Numbered from the stretch's first letter, positions 37,321 through 50,551 are shown. The stretch is DNA of 64,000 nt from Vicugna vicugna (GCA_013265495.1 MU057947.1:1188048-1252047); one strand, 5' to 3'. Notes: a model not told the origin generated them from the sequence alone. Numbers and translations are program-made.

Positions 37321-38794
37321 ATGCTGAGACTGTTCATACAGGTAACCTGCTCAGAGTCTGTCTCTGTCCAGCTCCCCTCTGCCCCGTTGGACTGATTTTG
37401 CAGAGACTGTAAGAGTATTGTCATGGGTCCCTCACCATAGGCGATGCCCTTTGTCACTCGATCCCTTTGGCTCAGAAGGCTCCACGTGGAGTTGTGCCCT
37501 GTGTGGCTCTCCCGCCCTGCCGGCCGTGTGCCCTGCCGGCCGGGAGGTCCGGCTCTCGGTGGCCCTTGGGGCCTGACTGCCTGTGAAGTGCTCGCTCTCA
37601 GCCGGGATTGCACGAGCAGAAGCATTTATACTTTGGCTGTTTTCTTTCGTAAAAGTGAACAGCTGCGTGAATGGCGTTTGTTTTCCTAAGTAAATGCCTG
37701 ATTAGGTCCTGTTCCCTGGCTTCTGCAGTTCTGTACCTGAACATGTCAAAACACAGAAGTCCCCCCATTCCAGTCAAGCAAAGCCGGATATTTTTGGAGG
37801 TCGGGGTCACCAGGCTGCGAGTGTGACAGGGCAACAGCCGAGCATCACCTCCCCCAGCGACACCCCTCCTGTGCTGGGCGCGGAGGCGTCTGCCGCAGCC
37901 TGGCCCCGCCCTGGGCTCCCCGGAGCAGCTGTGCTGTGCGGGACATCCTGCTGTGGCCGGCGGCCTGGCCCGAGGCGGAGGGCGGCCCAGCCCAGCCGAG
38001 TACTGAGACCGGTGCTCCGGACGGGTCCAGGCGGCTACGCCTCGGAAGTGCCAGAAGGGCTGTGGTTCACGGGAGGGCCGGCAGTGTGAGTGCCTGGGTG
38101 GGCACAGTGTGCCTCGTTTCCTGCTGTGTCCAGGCCCCACGCCGAGGAAGCTGGTCCCCTGCAAAGCTTGTGGGGTGGATGACTGAGATCAGGACAGGAG
38201 GGTCAGACTGGCAGGGCCCGGTGTGCCTGGTTACTTGTGAGCCCCAGGTCGAGTGGGCAGAAAGGGCAGGGCCCCCGGTCCCACACTGAGGCCTAGCCAG
38301 CAGCGGGGAGAGACGTGGGCTTGAAGTCAGGCAGAGACGGGAGCGCTGGAACACCTGGCCTGAGCGGGACCGGAAAGTCCTAGAACTTGTCCAAGAAGAT
38401 AACGGCCGGGAAGGGAGCTGACAGCCAGCGGGGTCGGGAGGGCAGGGAAGTCGTCCCGTCAGCTCTCCACCACACGTGGGCTCTACCCGCTGCTCCTGGC
38501 TGGGGGCTCTCCCGCCAAGTCTTCCTCCCCGCACGGCTCCCCGTCCTCGGGTCCTGGGGCCGACGCGCCACACCTTCTGGAGGCAGAGTCTGAGACGGGC
38601 AGTCGGCAGGGCCGGCTCCCTCTGGGGCTCTGGGGTCCTTGCCGCCCCCTCGTCCAGCCTCCTGCTGCCTCTGCCCTGCCTGCTGCACCTGGGCCTGCGG
38701 CTGCGGCTCGGCCTCTGTGGCGCATCCACGGTCTCTGGTCTCCAGGGTTGGAGCAGGGTAGCCCTCTCCCCCACCTGCCTGCCGGCTGGACTTT

Positions 38795-39480
38795 GTGACT
38801 GAGTAGATTTTCGAGAAGGGCTGGGGACGCTCGCACGTTCGCCGAGTCCTTTCGTGGCTGGGTGTCCGCCTGCGGCCTCTGCAGCTGGACAGCTCCGCGG
38901 CGGGAGCCGCGAGGTGGTGGCTCCCTGCCCTCTCTCCTCCAGGACTCTGTGCCTGGCGCTCCCTTGTCTCCTGCGGCGCTGATTTGGCCGAGGAGGAGTC
39001 CAGGCTAGCCTGCTTGTTCTCAGTCTGTTGATGAATTATCTACCTAGATGGCCCAAGCGTCGTTTCTTTAAGCCTGGCAACCAGTACCTCAACCAGGATA
39101 GGTCTTGGTGTCGACTGTCCTGTGTAATTTTTTCCTGAAACACATGAGATGTTGAGCTGTACGCACAAGACATTTCTCTTATTAAATCTTTCCCTTTGTC
39201 TTTGTTCCCCTTCCCTGTCTTCCTCTGCCTCCCTCGGTGGTCACGGGCTTTTCTCCACGTCCCTGACTCTGTGTTAGTTGCAGCCTCTTCCTCGATGTTT
39301 CGACTTTGTGTAGAATTTCCGTAATGATGTTGTTTTCGGTCAGTTTGTTTCTTGGAGTCTGCAGTTTCCATTCTCATCTTATTTTCTTGTTTTGTAACCT
39401 TGCCTTTGAGTCACTGTTTTCATTGAATTTCTGTTACTGTTTCCCTCCCAAGCATGACACCCACGGGGCCTTTCCTTCTG
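38795..39480 (-). mobile_element. HAL1 / L1-ORF1-like fossil
   Basis: AGTAGATTTTCGAGAAGGGCT, CCTAGATGGCCCAAG and AGGATAGGTCTTGGTGTCGAC...AATTTTTTCCTG resemble antisense HAL1. Confidence 0.55.
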
Positions 39481-42323
39481 TTCCTCGGGGGACGGATGTG
39501 TTCTTCCCTCCAGGCCGTTTGTCTGTCCCTCACCAGCCACATCCCCTCCCTCCCTCTCCTGCTCCCCCTTCCTGCCTCTCACTCCACCCTCGTCTTGGCT
39601 TCCAGGCTCTCACCTGTGGCTGGTGTCGGCGTCCCAGGCTGCACACGTGAAGCGCAGCACTGAAGCCAGCCGCACCCGGGGCTGACTGAATCAGCATCTC
39701 TGCGGGCCAGTCCCAGGCAGCTGTCTTTCTAAATCTCTCCAGCTATTTCCACTGTGCAGCTGAGTTTGAGAACGGCCGCTCTCGTGTCTCAAACTGTCTA
39801 GGAAAATAAGAACCGACCGCCTAAGTTTCGCCCCTGCGGTGGGGAAGGGGCGACCATACACGAAATGCCCCAAGTTGGGGCGCAGCCTGGAGGGGCTTGT
39901 GAATGTCCTTCAGTGCAGAGGCCGTGGCGTGGCCAGGGGGAGGCGTCTGCTCCCTCTCAGCGTCCTTGGTGAGTGTGGACCATGCGGACCTCCCTGCGCG
40001 CTTCCTCCTGCTGCCCGGAGGCCTTGCACGGGATGCAGGAGGTACTTGCCCTGTGTGACACCTCACTTGGCTTCCAAACAGTCATCCATCTGCAGAAAAA
40101 AATCTTTTTTCTAGTAGCCTGCATTTTCTAGCTTCTACCAAAGCCAGTGCCTGAGCCCTTACTTTAAAACCAAGCTGTGATTGTTCATTCCTCACTAATT
40201 CCCAAATGGAAACCATGAGTTTTGTTTACTTTCCTAAAAAAAATACATGTTTAGCCCGAGGCTCAGCTGAGGAATTTTAAACATGCTTTGAAAGCTGTAA
40301 GATCAGTGGGGAGTGAGATGACCGCTCAGCTTTAATGAGCGCAGTCATTTTGTAAGCCTGCCATTAAGCGGAGGGGCAGGTCGCGGGTCACGATGGAGGA
40401 GTGGTCCCCAGCCGCCAGGAGAATGTTGACTTCCCTGGACACGTCGCTTGGCGTGAGTGTGTGGTTAGGGAGCAGTTTCTGAGCCAGGTAAAACCCCTTT
40501 ACAGTGAATAGCATTATGATTCTGTGCACCCAGTGTTTACTGAATATTTAATTTGGCCGGAGGATCGTGTGAAGCACCACCAGCCCACCCTGGGAAATCC
40601 AGACGTTGCTGGGTAGGGACAGATGGCTGGAGAGCCCGGGCTGGGTGGCCCACATGGAAAAGCGTTTTCTAAGGTAGATAATACAAGGCAAGGAAAGTTT
40701 CCCTTTGTATAACCGGTGAACGCTCGTGCGATAACTGGAAATACCCAGTCACGATTTGTTTGGCTTAACCCATGAGCATTGAACCTCCTGCCCCTTCCTT
40801 GCCCCACGTTCCAGCTACTTGGTTGTAATTTTCCAAATTACGCAGATGTTTCTAAGCATCACAGAAGGTTTGAGCTTGGAGGGGGAGGAGGAGCAGGAGA
40901 GGCGTGGAGTGGCTGGAATGTCGTCCTTGATAAGCCTGCCTCGTCTGCCCCTGGCTATCAGGCTGTGGATGGGGCGTGGTTCAGGGCCGTGGGACACAGG
41001 GTTCTGACCCCCGTCTGCCCTTCGTGGTGGGCAGTGTGGTCCCAGGAGCTCGCGTTCCAATCTGTACATGGGCGACCACTCCTTGCTCCACCACCAGCCT
41101 CCCGGGGGCTGGGCGCGTGTGTCTGGTCCACACACAGAGCTGATGCGGACTTTGTGCGGTGCCTCTCCAGGGTCCCACACACCCGTTTCCCCTGGATGCA
41201 AAATGGACTCCTGCACATGCCCTTTTGGCCATCAGCCCATGGAAGGCATCAGCCAGTCCTAAGGGAGCCACTCTGGTGGGCTTTGTGCGGGGAAGCTCAT
41301 CACCGATCTGTTGGAGTGCGCGTGAGGTGGGGACAGCAGGTGGCAGGGGACACTAAGGAGCGGTTCAACGAGGGGCCCTTCGTGACTCCAGGTTTTGAAA
41401 ACCTGTGGCCTTTTCTCTTTGCAAACACCTTTCCCCTGCGTTCTGGGAAACAGGAAGTGGGGGGGGAGGTCAGGGGTGCTGTACGCAGAAGACGCACAGA
41501 AATGGGGACCCAATTCTCTGCAAGCCGCGGGATGGCACATGCCTGGCACAGCAAGGCTGAGAAATGGAGCTCTGGCCTTTAGAGCTAAAAGCAGAGTTAA
41601 AAAAAGAGTTTGAACAAATGAGACTTTGAGGGTGAATGGAAGGTACTTTGCAGACATCTGTCTGCTCCCTAACCTCACAAGCATGATGCTTCAGAGAGTG
41701 TCTGGTTGTCAGTGATGCTCTGCAGTTCAGAAACCAGCGACTGCGTTTCTTGGGTCTCCCATGGAGCCAAGGGTCGTGAGGATGCCCGAGGTGCACGAGG
41801 GCTGTGCCGACCCCTTCACGGTCTGAGAGCGAGACAGCCTGGCCGGCCGTCGCCCGCTGGGGTTGGGTGTTCCAGGTGCACCTAGAGTGGTTATTGATTA
41901 ATAATTACTGTTAATGAAATGCTGTAGGGGCCAGACGCGCGCCCTCCACCTGACTCGCCTGATGGGGGGTGGAGGGAGGCGCGGGGGGCATGTTCTGAGT
42001 GATGGGTTCTGGGGACCGTTAGATTGTTTTCTCTGCTTTCTTGCGTGTGTGCACATCTCTGTAGGAAGCGGAGTGGAGATATATTACCATATAGATGAAG
42101 AGGTAAAAACTGGCCTCGAGATAACAAATAATAAGGTTTGAGTCAAACTTTGGGATGCTTTTTTTTCCAAGGAGGTGGGGGATGGGGCCTGGCCTTGGGG
42201 CTCTGCTGGGAAGGAGGGGGAGGTGTTTCCTCGGGGTCTCTTGGCTGGTCGTAGGTACTGGCATCAGGTCAGTCCAGAGTGATCTTAGCAGTCCTGCCAC
42301 GAGAAGGCACGTGAACTGGAGGC

Positions 42324-42324
<1 letters not shown>

Positions 42325-42357
<33 letters not shown>

Positions 42358-42762
42358 ATGCATGTGTATGGGCACAGAAGCGTGCTTGTATTTGCCTGTA
42401 CCTAGGCACACACATGTATGTGGGCATGTGTCTGCACACACACATGCTCATGTGTGTTTGTGTGGGCGTGTGCACACAGGCGTCGGGGTGCATGGGTGTG
42501 GATGCATGTTGTGTGGGCATGTGTGTGTTCATTCATGTCACACGTGGCACTGCATGCATGTATATGTGTGAGCACACACGTGTGTGCAGGTGTCCATTGT
42601 GCATGCACATGTGCACGTATGCGTGAGTGGATGTCTATGTCTGCATGTATACGTGTGCTTGTGTCTGTGTGCCCGTGCAGATGTGTATTTGTGCACATGT
42701 GTGCACATGTATGTCCATGTGAGTTTGCACGTGTATTTGTGCATGCGTGTGTGCACACGTGT
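42325..42762. repeat. (TG)n followed by a degenerate TG/CA/CATG alternating purine-pyrimidine tract
   Basis: Pure TG run at 42325-42356, then ~400 bp of mostly alternating RY sequence. Confidence 0.92.
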
Positions 42763-43014
42763 AGGAACATCGTTGCCTCCAGCCTTTAGCTGAGAACTAG
42801 CCAGGGCCTGGTCCGCGGCGGTTCTCCTGGAGCGCAGACGAGTTACGCGATTGAACAAGGGTGCTTTTCTGACAGACAGGGACGGGATGTTTAAGCACGT
42901 GGATAACGGCGTGTGGCTGTCATTCATCTCTGCGTTATCCCCTTCGTTATAGGAAACACAGAGCAGAACTGAGCCCAAGCTCTGCCTCTGAGCGGCCATA
43001 GCCTGGGTGGGTGG

Positions 43015-43120
43015 GCAGTAGCAGCCAACATTTCTGGGGTACCTACTGTGTGCCAGGCCCTGGGCAGGGGCTTAGATTCCACAGTGAGCCCGCTGCTCTG
43101 TGTCAACCTCAAGGAGCAGG
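43015..43120 (-). mobile_element. L2 3' tail
   Basis: AACATTTCTGGGGTACCTACTGTGTGCCAGGCCCTGGGC...CCTCAAGGAGC. Confidence 0.65.
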
Positions 43121-46100
43121 GTGTTGCCAAGCATCCTGGAGACGTCTTGGGGGACGGGCCACCCACCTGGAAGGCCTTCCATCCCCCGCAACACCGTGGG
43201 GGATTCTGTGGGAAACATACAGTTTCCCCCATCAGGACTGGTCAGAAGGCCAGGTTTGCCAGGGCCGTAGGTCAGATGACACAGATAAACGTGCTGGGGT
43301 GGGAGCACGACCCCAACAGTGGCTGGGCTGGCCAGCGTGGGTCCTGGCGCGGCCGGTGGACGTGGAGAGGCTCCCGCTGTGCCTTCTCCCTGGCGGTGTG
43401 GTTCAGGTGTGTCCTCGGCCGCCACGCCCCTCCGCTGTCCTTTCTCCAGGACAGCAGCCCGGGCTCTCTTGCATGGTCATCGTGCTGGCAGCATTTGCCC
43501 TGAGATCTTTCTGGAAAGTGGTGCTGGGGGCAGCCTCTTCCTTTATCCGTGGGATTCAGAGTCCCATCGTCAGCTGCCAGAAGTCCCATGGGCACAGGGT
43601 GGGAGCAGGCATTCACACCCTGCTTGTCCCTCTGCTAGCTGGAGGGACTGAAATCCTAGGGCTGGGAGCTGGGACCCAGGGGGGCGGTGCAGTTGTGTGA
43701 TGCCCGCTGGCCTGGGTGACAGGGGTGAGCAGGGGTGCGTTGCTCAGAGCAACACCCCTGCCCTGGGCTCGGAAGAGCAGCCCCGCTGAGGGTCAGGCTC
43801 TGAGTGGGGCCTGGCCCCACCTGGGTGGATGCAGGCAGCCCTGACTCTGACCAGAAACTGATGGGACAGTCAGACGAAACTTTTGTCTTTCCCTTGATGC
43901 ACTGTGCACCGCAGTCTAGGGCTGCCGGCCCCGCCATCAGCAGCTTACTGATGTTCTGAATGTGTGAGTTCCGTGATAAGAGTGTGTGATTGCCCCCGGT
44001 CATTCGGTTCTACTTCTGTTCTGGTTCAGCGTTGACAAATTTCCACTTCACTGGTGGCTGTGCCCTGGTTGGACGCGGCCCGCCCAGCCGTGGGCTGGGG
44101 TGCCTGCTCCGGCACGTGGAGCAGACTGGCTCAGTTCACGGCAGGACCCCAGGGCCTGGCTCAGGGCCTTGCTGGCGCTGACCGACGTGGCAGCCCTGGC
44201 CTCGGCTGGCAGAAGCGCAGTCACCACCGGCACCTGCTGGGGCCCGGGCCCCATCTCCAGAGGCTAATTGTTTTCAGACAAGTCTGTTGGCAGGGGCTGA
44301 GTCCCCTCCCCTGCACAGTCAGTCTGTGTCAAAGGGAGGTCAAGATGGAGAGACGTATCTTCTGCAGATTCATTTAGAAAATAACTTTTTGAATTATGGC
44401 CCCCTTGGTACGGAGGATGGAAGGGAGGGAGTTTTAAAATCGATTTGCCACATTTCATCCCCTGTGGCTTTTCCCCATGAGTCTAGGATCCCCTTGTGTG
44501 GGAAACACCCCCCCAGGACTTCCCGCGGAGTTTCCTTGGGTTTGAGTGTAGGAATTAAAACAGTCACGTTGCGTTACACAGCACCTTTTATGAATTATTG
44601 ATGGCGTCTTATGAAGGTAAACTGCATCGCTTACCCAGCCGCACAGTCCAGCGGTGTCGGTCTGTTAACATTTTCTTGCCCATGGGGACAGCTCACTGGC
44701 AGTTTGAACCATATGACAGGTCCCCAAGGGCAGCAGAGTGTGCTGAAAATGCAGAAAATTTAGCTTTCAATAAACGTATTAAATCATTACTGTTTGCTTT
44801 CAGTGGTGGTTCACTTGGACTGTGAAATGTTTTTCTTTCTCATTCTGCAGAGCCCTCCGATGTCACCCACGGACTTCACAGCGTGAGGCCCAGGCCCACG
44901 GCGCAGTGAGCACAGAAAGCTCACGTCACGGGTTTCGTTTTCCTGGGTCAGCAGTACAGAGCATGCTTTCTTAAGAGCGCGGGACTCTTGTCCACTTCCA
45001 AAGGCTGGGCGGCTGGTTCTTTCCAAACGTGCGGCCGAGGTGGGGCCGTGGGCAGAGCGGAAGCTTTCACTCCCTCCACACACCTCACCTTGAGAGACGC
45101 CCCGGAGCAGGGGAGCGGGTGCTGGGAAGTGGGTGCATGTGGCCGGCGCAGAGCAGAGCTGCCGGCTCCTGCCCGGGGCTGCTCTGGTCCTGAGCTAGGC
45201 ACGTGGAAAGGCCCTGGGGCCGGTAGATGGATATTCAGCTGGTGAGACTCGGGGAGCAGGTGCCCGGGTGATTTCCTGGCATCTAGGTTTTCTGAGTAGC
45301 TGCGCTCAGCATCCCGGGGGTACAGCAGAGTTTGGGCTTCTGATTGGATGAAGGACGACATGTGACCAGGGACACCTGGAGACGGTGGGCAGTCACTGCC
45401 TTCAGAACTGTGGTCGGGGCCAGTCCAGAGCTGTAAGGAGGTTCAGGAAGGGTCCATGTGTGCCCAGCACTTGCCGCGCATGCCCCACCACGGTGACAGC
45501 CTGGTGGCTTTTGTCTCAGTTTACACTGAGGATGGAGAGAACACGTCCGCTGTTGTCCACCATTTTCTTAGTCACCCTGTGGTCATTTGTCCACACAGCA
45601 AGAATTTAACCCGATCCTGGGTTTATTCATTCAAGAGGAAACACTTAGTACCTTCTCTGTGCCGAAACTTGTTCTGAGTTCTGGAGACTCATTTATAAAC
45701 TGAGTGAGATGCAGCTCCTGCCTCAGGAGGGACCAGCGTAAGAGGGACGGGGCTTCCGCAGTTAGAGCCCGGGGGTCAGGGGTTTCTGTGTGCGCCCAGA
45801 GAAGCAGGCTGGTCCCAGACCTCAAGCGAGCACCCTTTCTCGGACGAGTTACAACTGGCTGTGCGATGCAGTGATGGGGTGCCCCCCCGGGATGTTCTCA
45901 GAGTGAAGGGCCTGGGATGAAGCTGAGATGCCTCCAGTCAGGATTCAGACTCCAGAGGGTGGATGGCTCAGGCTGAGAAATGGGCCCCACCTGGATGTCC
46001 TGGCTTCGTGGGCACTGACGCTGCACTGACCGGAGCGTGACTCCCTTCCAGTCACTGTGGCTCTGGGGGCCCCGGGCCCCAGGGGTGTTGGCAGGTATTT

Positions 46101-46204
46101 CAGGGTATTGGCAACAGCGACTGTGGGTTAGACCTGTGAGTGGCCAGGGCAGGTGGCCAAGGGCGGGTCCTGGCTCTGCACCTCGAGCAGTCAGTCCTCC
46201 GTCT

Positions 46205-46350
46205 GGCCCTGCCCCAGTCTCCTGCACTGTAAGGTGGGAATGCCTGTGAGCCGCCTCGTGGGTCTTCTCAAGAGTAAATGGAGGTGAGTTACGCGAAGCG
46301 CTTCAGCACATGGCTGCCGCGCAGGGAGTCTCCGTGGACGGAGCTGCTGC
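46205..46350 (+). mobile_element. MIR SINE (GC-shifted)
   Basis: CCCCAGTCTCCTGCACTGTAAGGTGGGAAT...AAATGGAG...GCGAAGCGCTT. Confidence 0.55.
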
Positions 46351-46374
46351 TCTCGTGTCCCTCCTAGTCCGTCC

Positions 46375-46840
46375 GTGCTTTATCTTACTGAAGTGCAGAT
46401 GACTTGCAGTGTTGTGCTAGTTTCAGGTGTGCAGCATAGTGGTTCAGTTATACATACACGTGTTCTTTTTCAGGTTCTTTTCCATTATGGGTTATTACAA
46501 GTCGTTGAATACAGTTCCCTGTGCTGTACAGTAGGTCCTTGTTGCTTGTTTATTTTACGTAGAGTAGCGTGTGTGTATTAATCCTTAACTCCTAATTTAT
46601 CCCCTCCACCCCTTTCCCCTTTGGTAACCACAGTTTGTTTTTCAGTATCTGCGAGCCTATTTCTGGTTTGTAAATAAGTTTATGTGTATCATTTTTTTTA
46701 GATTCAACATGTAAGTGATATATGATATTTGTCTTTCTCTGTCTAACTTACTTCACTTAATAAGATGATCTCTAGGTCCATCCCTGTTGCAAATGGCATT
46801 ATTTCATCTTTTTTATGGCTGAGTAGTATTCCAGTGTGTG

Positions 46841-46873
<33 letters not shown>

Positions 46874-47101
46874 TGTGTGTGGGTGGTGCATCTTCTTTAT
46901 CCAGTCATCTGTCGATGGACATCGAGGTTGCTTCCATGTCTTGGCTCTTGTATATAGTGCCTCTATGAACATTGGGGTGCATATATACTTTTGAATTGGA
47001 GTTTTCCCAGATATAAGCCCAGGAGTGGGATTTCTGGATCATATAATAACTCTATTTTTTAGTTTTTTAAGGAACCTCTATACTGTTCTCCACAATGGCT
47101 T
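46375..47101 (-). mobile_element. cetartiodactyl L1 3' end with internal (TG)n at ~46834-46881
   Basis: GAATACAGTTCCCTGTGCTGTACAGTAGGTCCTTGTTG and TTTGGTAACCA. Homologous to 36581-37320. Confidence 0.9.
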
Positions 47102-47833
47102 TCTAATCTATTCTATTGGTGAAAATCATCATCTTTGACGTAGATGCAGCCTCTAGGGAGAATCTCTGATTTCCCTACCTGTAAGCAGCTGTATTTCTCT
47201 TTTGATATTCTTTTCTTTAAGTTGGTCAGAATCAGAATGCACAGTCAACACAGCCTGCAAAGTGGAAGTGAAGGCTGCGGCACGTGGCTGGCTAACTCGG
47301 ATAATTACGCTCTGGGATCACCTAACGAGGCTGTCCAGATGCGGTCATCCATCAGTGTTGAAATCCTCGCAAATGTTTGAGCACGGTTATTGTCAAGTAA
47401 CGGTAACACCTGGAACTCCAAGCATGCGCTTCGCGAAGGTGGGATCATGGGAGCCGCCCAGGGCCTGCGTGTCTCGTCTTCTCAGAAAAGGGGACGAGCA
47501 GCTGCGGCCGACCGCTGCTCTCGGGGGAGCCTTCTCTCTCCTGCAGCGACATCAGGACCGCCAGCAACTCCTCCCACGAGGCCCAGCGCACTGCCTGCCT
47601 CTGGGAACAAGCAGTGCCTTTAGGCCCAAGCCACCTGCCGCCAACTTTGAGGCAGAAGAGAATTTTGATGTCGGGCCTCCGTGTTTTCCCAGAGCGGGTT
47701 CCCCAGTGGGAAGCCCGACGTGCAGACTTCAGGGAGGAATCTTGCTCTGGGGGGGCAGGCAGGTGCCCCAGGCCAGGATTAGCCTCTGTTCTTTCCTAAG
47801 AGGTGTCTGGACCAGGAGGCCTGTTGACAGCTC

Positions 47834-47852
47834 TGTGTGTGTGTGTGTGTGT
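47834..47852. repeat. (TG)n microsatellite
   Basis: Direct TG run. Confidence 0.9.
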
Positions 47853-48554
47853 TAATCACTGACTCTCTAGCCAAAATCAGTGACAAATGACAACAAGAGA
47901 AGCTTTAATTGTAATTCTCTCCACTAGACAGCCGGCCCTGGCACTGAATGTTGTCATTTTCCTGCTGTGAGCTGGGCTCCGGGGCAGGGGCACCTGCACC
48001 TGAGGGCCTGCTGCCGCCCCTGCCTCCTCCTGCCCGAGTCCCGGAACCCCCCACCTGTCCTTTGTCCGGTGAACTGGAAGTCTAGCATCCAGCACGGGCA
48101 GTTTGCCTGCTGGCCTGTAAGTCAGTCTCCGGTCTCAGCTGCCCAAAAGCCTAAGCCGTCTTGACTGGTTGCATTGGAGCTGCTGGTGCAAGGTCTTTTC
48201 GCAGTGCAGCCTTTTGAGGGCATGGGCGTCTGCGGAGGGAGAGACAGGTGTCCTGGGAGGCACCGATGGCGCAGACCCTCCCTGGCTGGCTAGGCCTGCT
48301 CTCCTGGTTAATGTGGTTGTGTTGGGGGCACCTATATGGAGCCTGAAGCATCCTGGCCCTGGTGGGGCCATCCCCAGACCCCATCCTCAGAGCCTAGGGC
48401 TCCTGCCCTCCGGCCACACAGAAGCTTTATTTCAAAGTCCAGCCCTGGGGTGAGTCCTGGTGCCTCGTGGTGGAGTGTCCTGCCTGGGGCCCAGCTGGTT
48501 CAGAAGCGGGCAAGAGCAGTGGACCCGGCCGTGTGTCCTGGAGACGTCGTCGGG

Positions 48555-48995
48555 GTTAGGCCAGCTAGGTCCTGGAGGGAAGCAGATGCACCCTCAAACG
48601 GAGTGGTTTCGGGGGAGTTTCAGAAAAGGATACGTTAAAGGTGGGCAGAGTGCAGGGAAGGCCCGAGGGATGGAGCAGTGAGTGTCCCCGAGTTGGGGCT
48701 GAGGCTGGTCACCACTGGGGTGGAGGAGGCTGGACGGGGAGGGGGGAGGGGCATGAGAAGAGGTGGGGGGCTGAGGGAAGCCGGGTCCTCACCCTGGGAA
48801 AGCGTTTAGCAGGGAGAGAGCAGAGATGGGGAGAGGGGATAAATACCCCAACCTCCCTCCTCCCATCTCCTGGCAGGGCTACCAGTGGCTGAACCCAGCT
48901 GGACGCCGGGCAGGGGGCCAGAGACGCAGTGTGTGTAGGCCGGTCCTGCAGAGCCTGCCTGGCCGGGCGAGTGGGTCTGGGGGACGGAAGCCGCT
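48555..48995 (-). mobile_element. ERVL LTR (LTR33-like)
   Basis: GGGGATAAATACCCCAACCTC...ATCTCCTGGCAGGGCTACCAGTGGCTGAACCCAGCTGGA resembles LTR33 in reverse. Confidence 0.65.
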
Positions 48996-50038
48996 CTGCT
49001 GACGGTGGAGGAGGAGGGGGACGTCCTGAGCTTGCCACGGCTTCTTATGGGTCAGATCGCCCTTTGCTCTGGCCGTCCTTGGGAAGCAGGTTTGAAGTGT
49101 GTCAGCCTCTCCCTGAGTCCCAGTCACTGTGCTCAGGCAGCCCGAGCTGGGACACAGGCGTGAGGAGGTGGAGACCCGGGGCCTTGGGCCCCTGCTTGCT
49201 GGTCACTGGTGTCTGCAGGGCGCTAGACTGCCAGACCCTTGTGATTCCTGGTGAACTCACCCCTGGGTCTCATACTCCCTGGTGACCAGTCTTGGAAATA
49301 GCAGGGTTGCTCCAGGATGTTTCCAGAAGGTCAGTCTGAAAGTGGCCACAGATGCATGAGATTTGTGAGCAGGAAGCCACCAGGGAGGCCTAACCAGGTG
49401 GCTTAGATCAGAGTCAGAGCCCAGGAAGGATCCGGAAAAGACAGTGCAGCCAGGCTGCGAGGCGGTGCTGAGGACGGAGCCCAGGTCCATGGCCAGGTGT
49501 TGGGATGCAGGAGGCCCAGGCCGCGGGGTGAATGCCGGCATCTGACGAGGAACCAGCCCCAGGAGCTGCAGGTGGGACCGGGAGCTGTGTCCCACTGGCT
49601 CCAGGTTGCCCGCGAGAACCAGGTGGGGCCCCCCAGGCGCCTCTGGCACAGCTGTGCGTGAGGGTCTCAGCCGACCCGGTGTTGCCCTCTAGAGTGTTGC
49701 TGACTTCCGTTCACTCAGGGATGTTGATGGAGCACCGCTGTTCTCGACACGACGCTGCGTGGTTGCCCAGGGCACCCCAGGCCTGGTCAGTGTCTTTCTT
49801 CAGGGGTGTTCACAGCAAGCGGGGAAGATCAGATGCGTTCACTCATGACCCTGGGAGAAGCCAAAATAGGACAGTTTCAGACGGGCTAAAAACTGATTGC
49901 CGAGTAGCGGCCACTGGTGGCGGTGAGGGGACAGCATCCAAACTGCCGCCTGGAAGGACGGCAGGGAGAGAACGTGGTTCTTCTCACTTTAAAATATATT
50001 GTACATACAAAGCGAGGTATAAAAACAGGAGTGCCCAG

Positions 50039-50475
50039 CGTGTAAGTTCCCTGGTGCTGCCGAAACAGATTAGGACAAGCTGGGTGGCTTAAAACCACAG
50101 AAATTTACTCTGTCATAGTCTGGAGACCAGGAGTCCTAAATCCAGTGTCGGTGGGCTCAGCTCCCCCTGAGGCTCTAGCGGGGGGTCCTTCCCACCTCCC
50201 CCAGCCTCTGGAGGCTCAGGAGTCCCTGAGCCCGTGGCCACATCACCCCAATCTCTGCCTCCATCTTCCCAGGCCACCTTCTTCTCTTCTGTCTCATAAG
50301 GACACTTGTCATTGGGTTGAGGGCTCGCCCGGCTGATCCAGGGTCATCTCGTCTTGAGATGCTTAATTTATTTACATCTGCAAAGACCCTTTTCCCAAAC
50401 AAGGTCACATTCCCAGGTACCAGGTGTTAGGACGTGGGCATGTGTTTTGGGGGGCTCACCATTCAACTTGCTACA
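50039..50475 (-). mobile_element. MaLR solo LTR (MLT1C-like), full length
   Basis: Perfect 5-bp TSD CCCAG (50034-38 and 50476-80). CTGGGTGGCTTAAAACCACAGAAATTTA and TTACATCTGCAAAGACCCTTTTCCCAAACAAGGTCACATT are present. Confidence 0.9.
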
Positions 50476-50551
50476 CCCAGTTCATAAAAGGATAGAATGA
50501 CGAGCAGGAAGGTCAAGTCAGAATATTCTGGAACCTTGCAAGTCCTCAGTG

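Noticed and set aside
49376..49394. CTCF-like CCACCAGGGAGGC (similar partial matches near 49909 and 57971)
   Set aside because: Mismatches or indels in core positions; cannot be supported without a PWM scan or ChIP.
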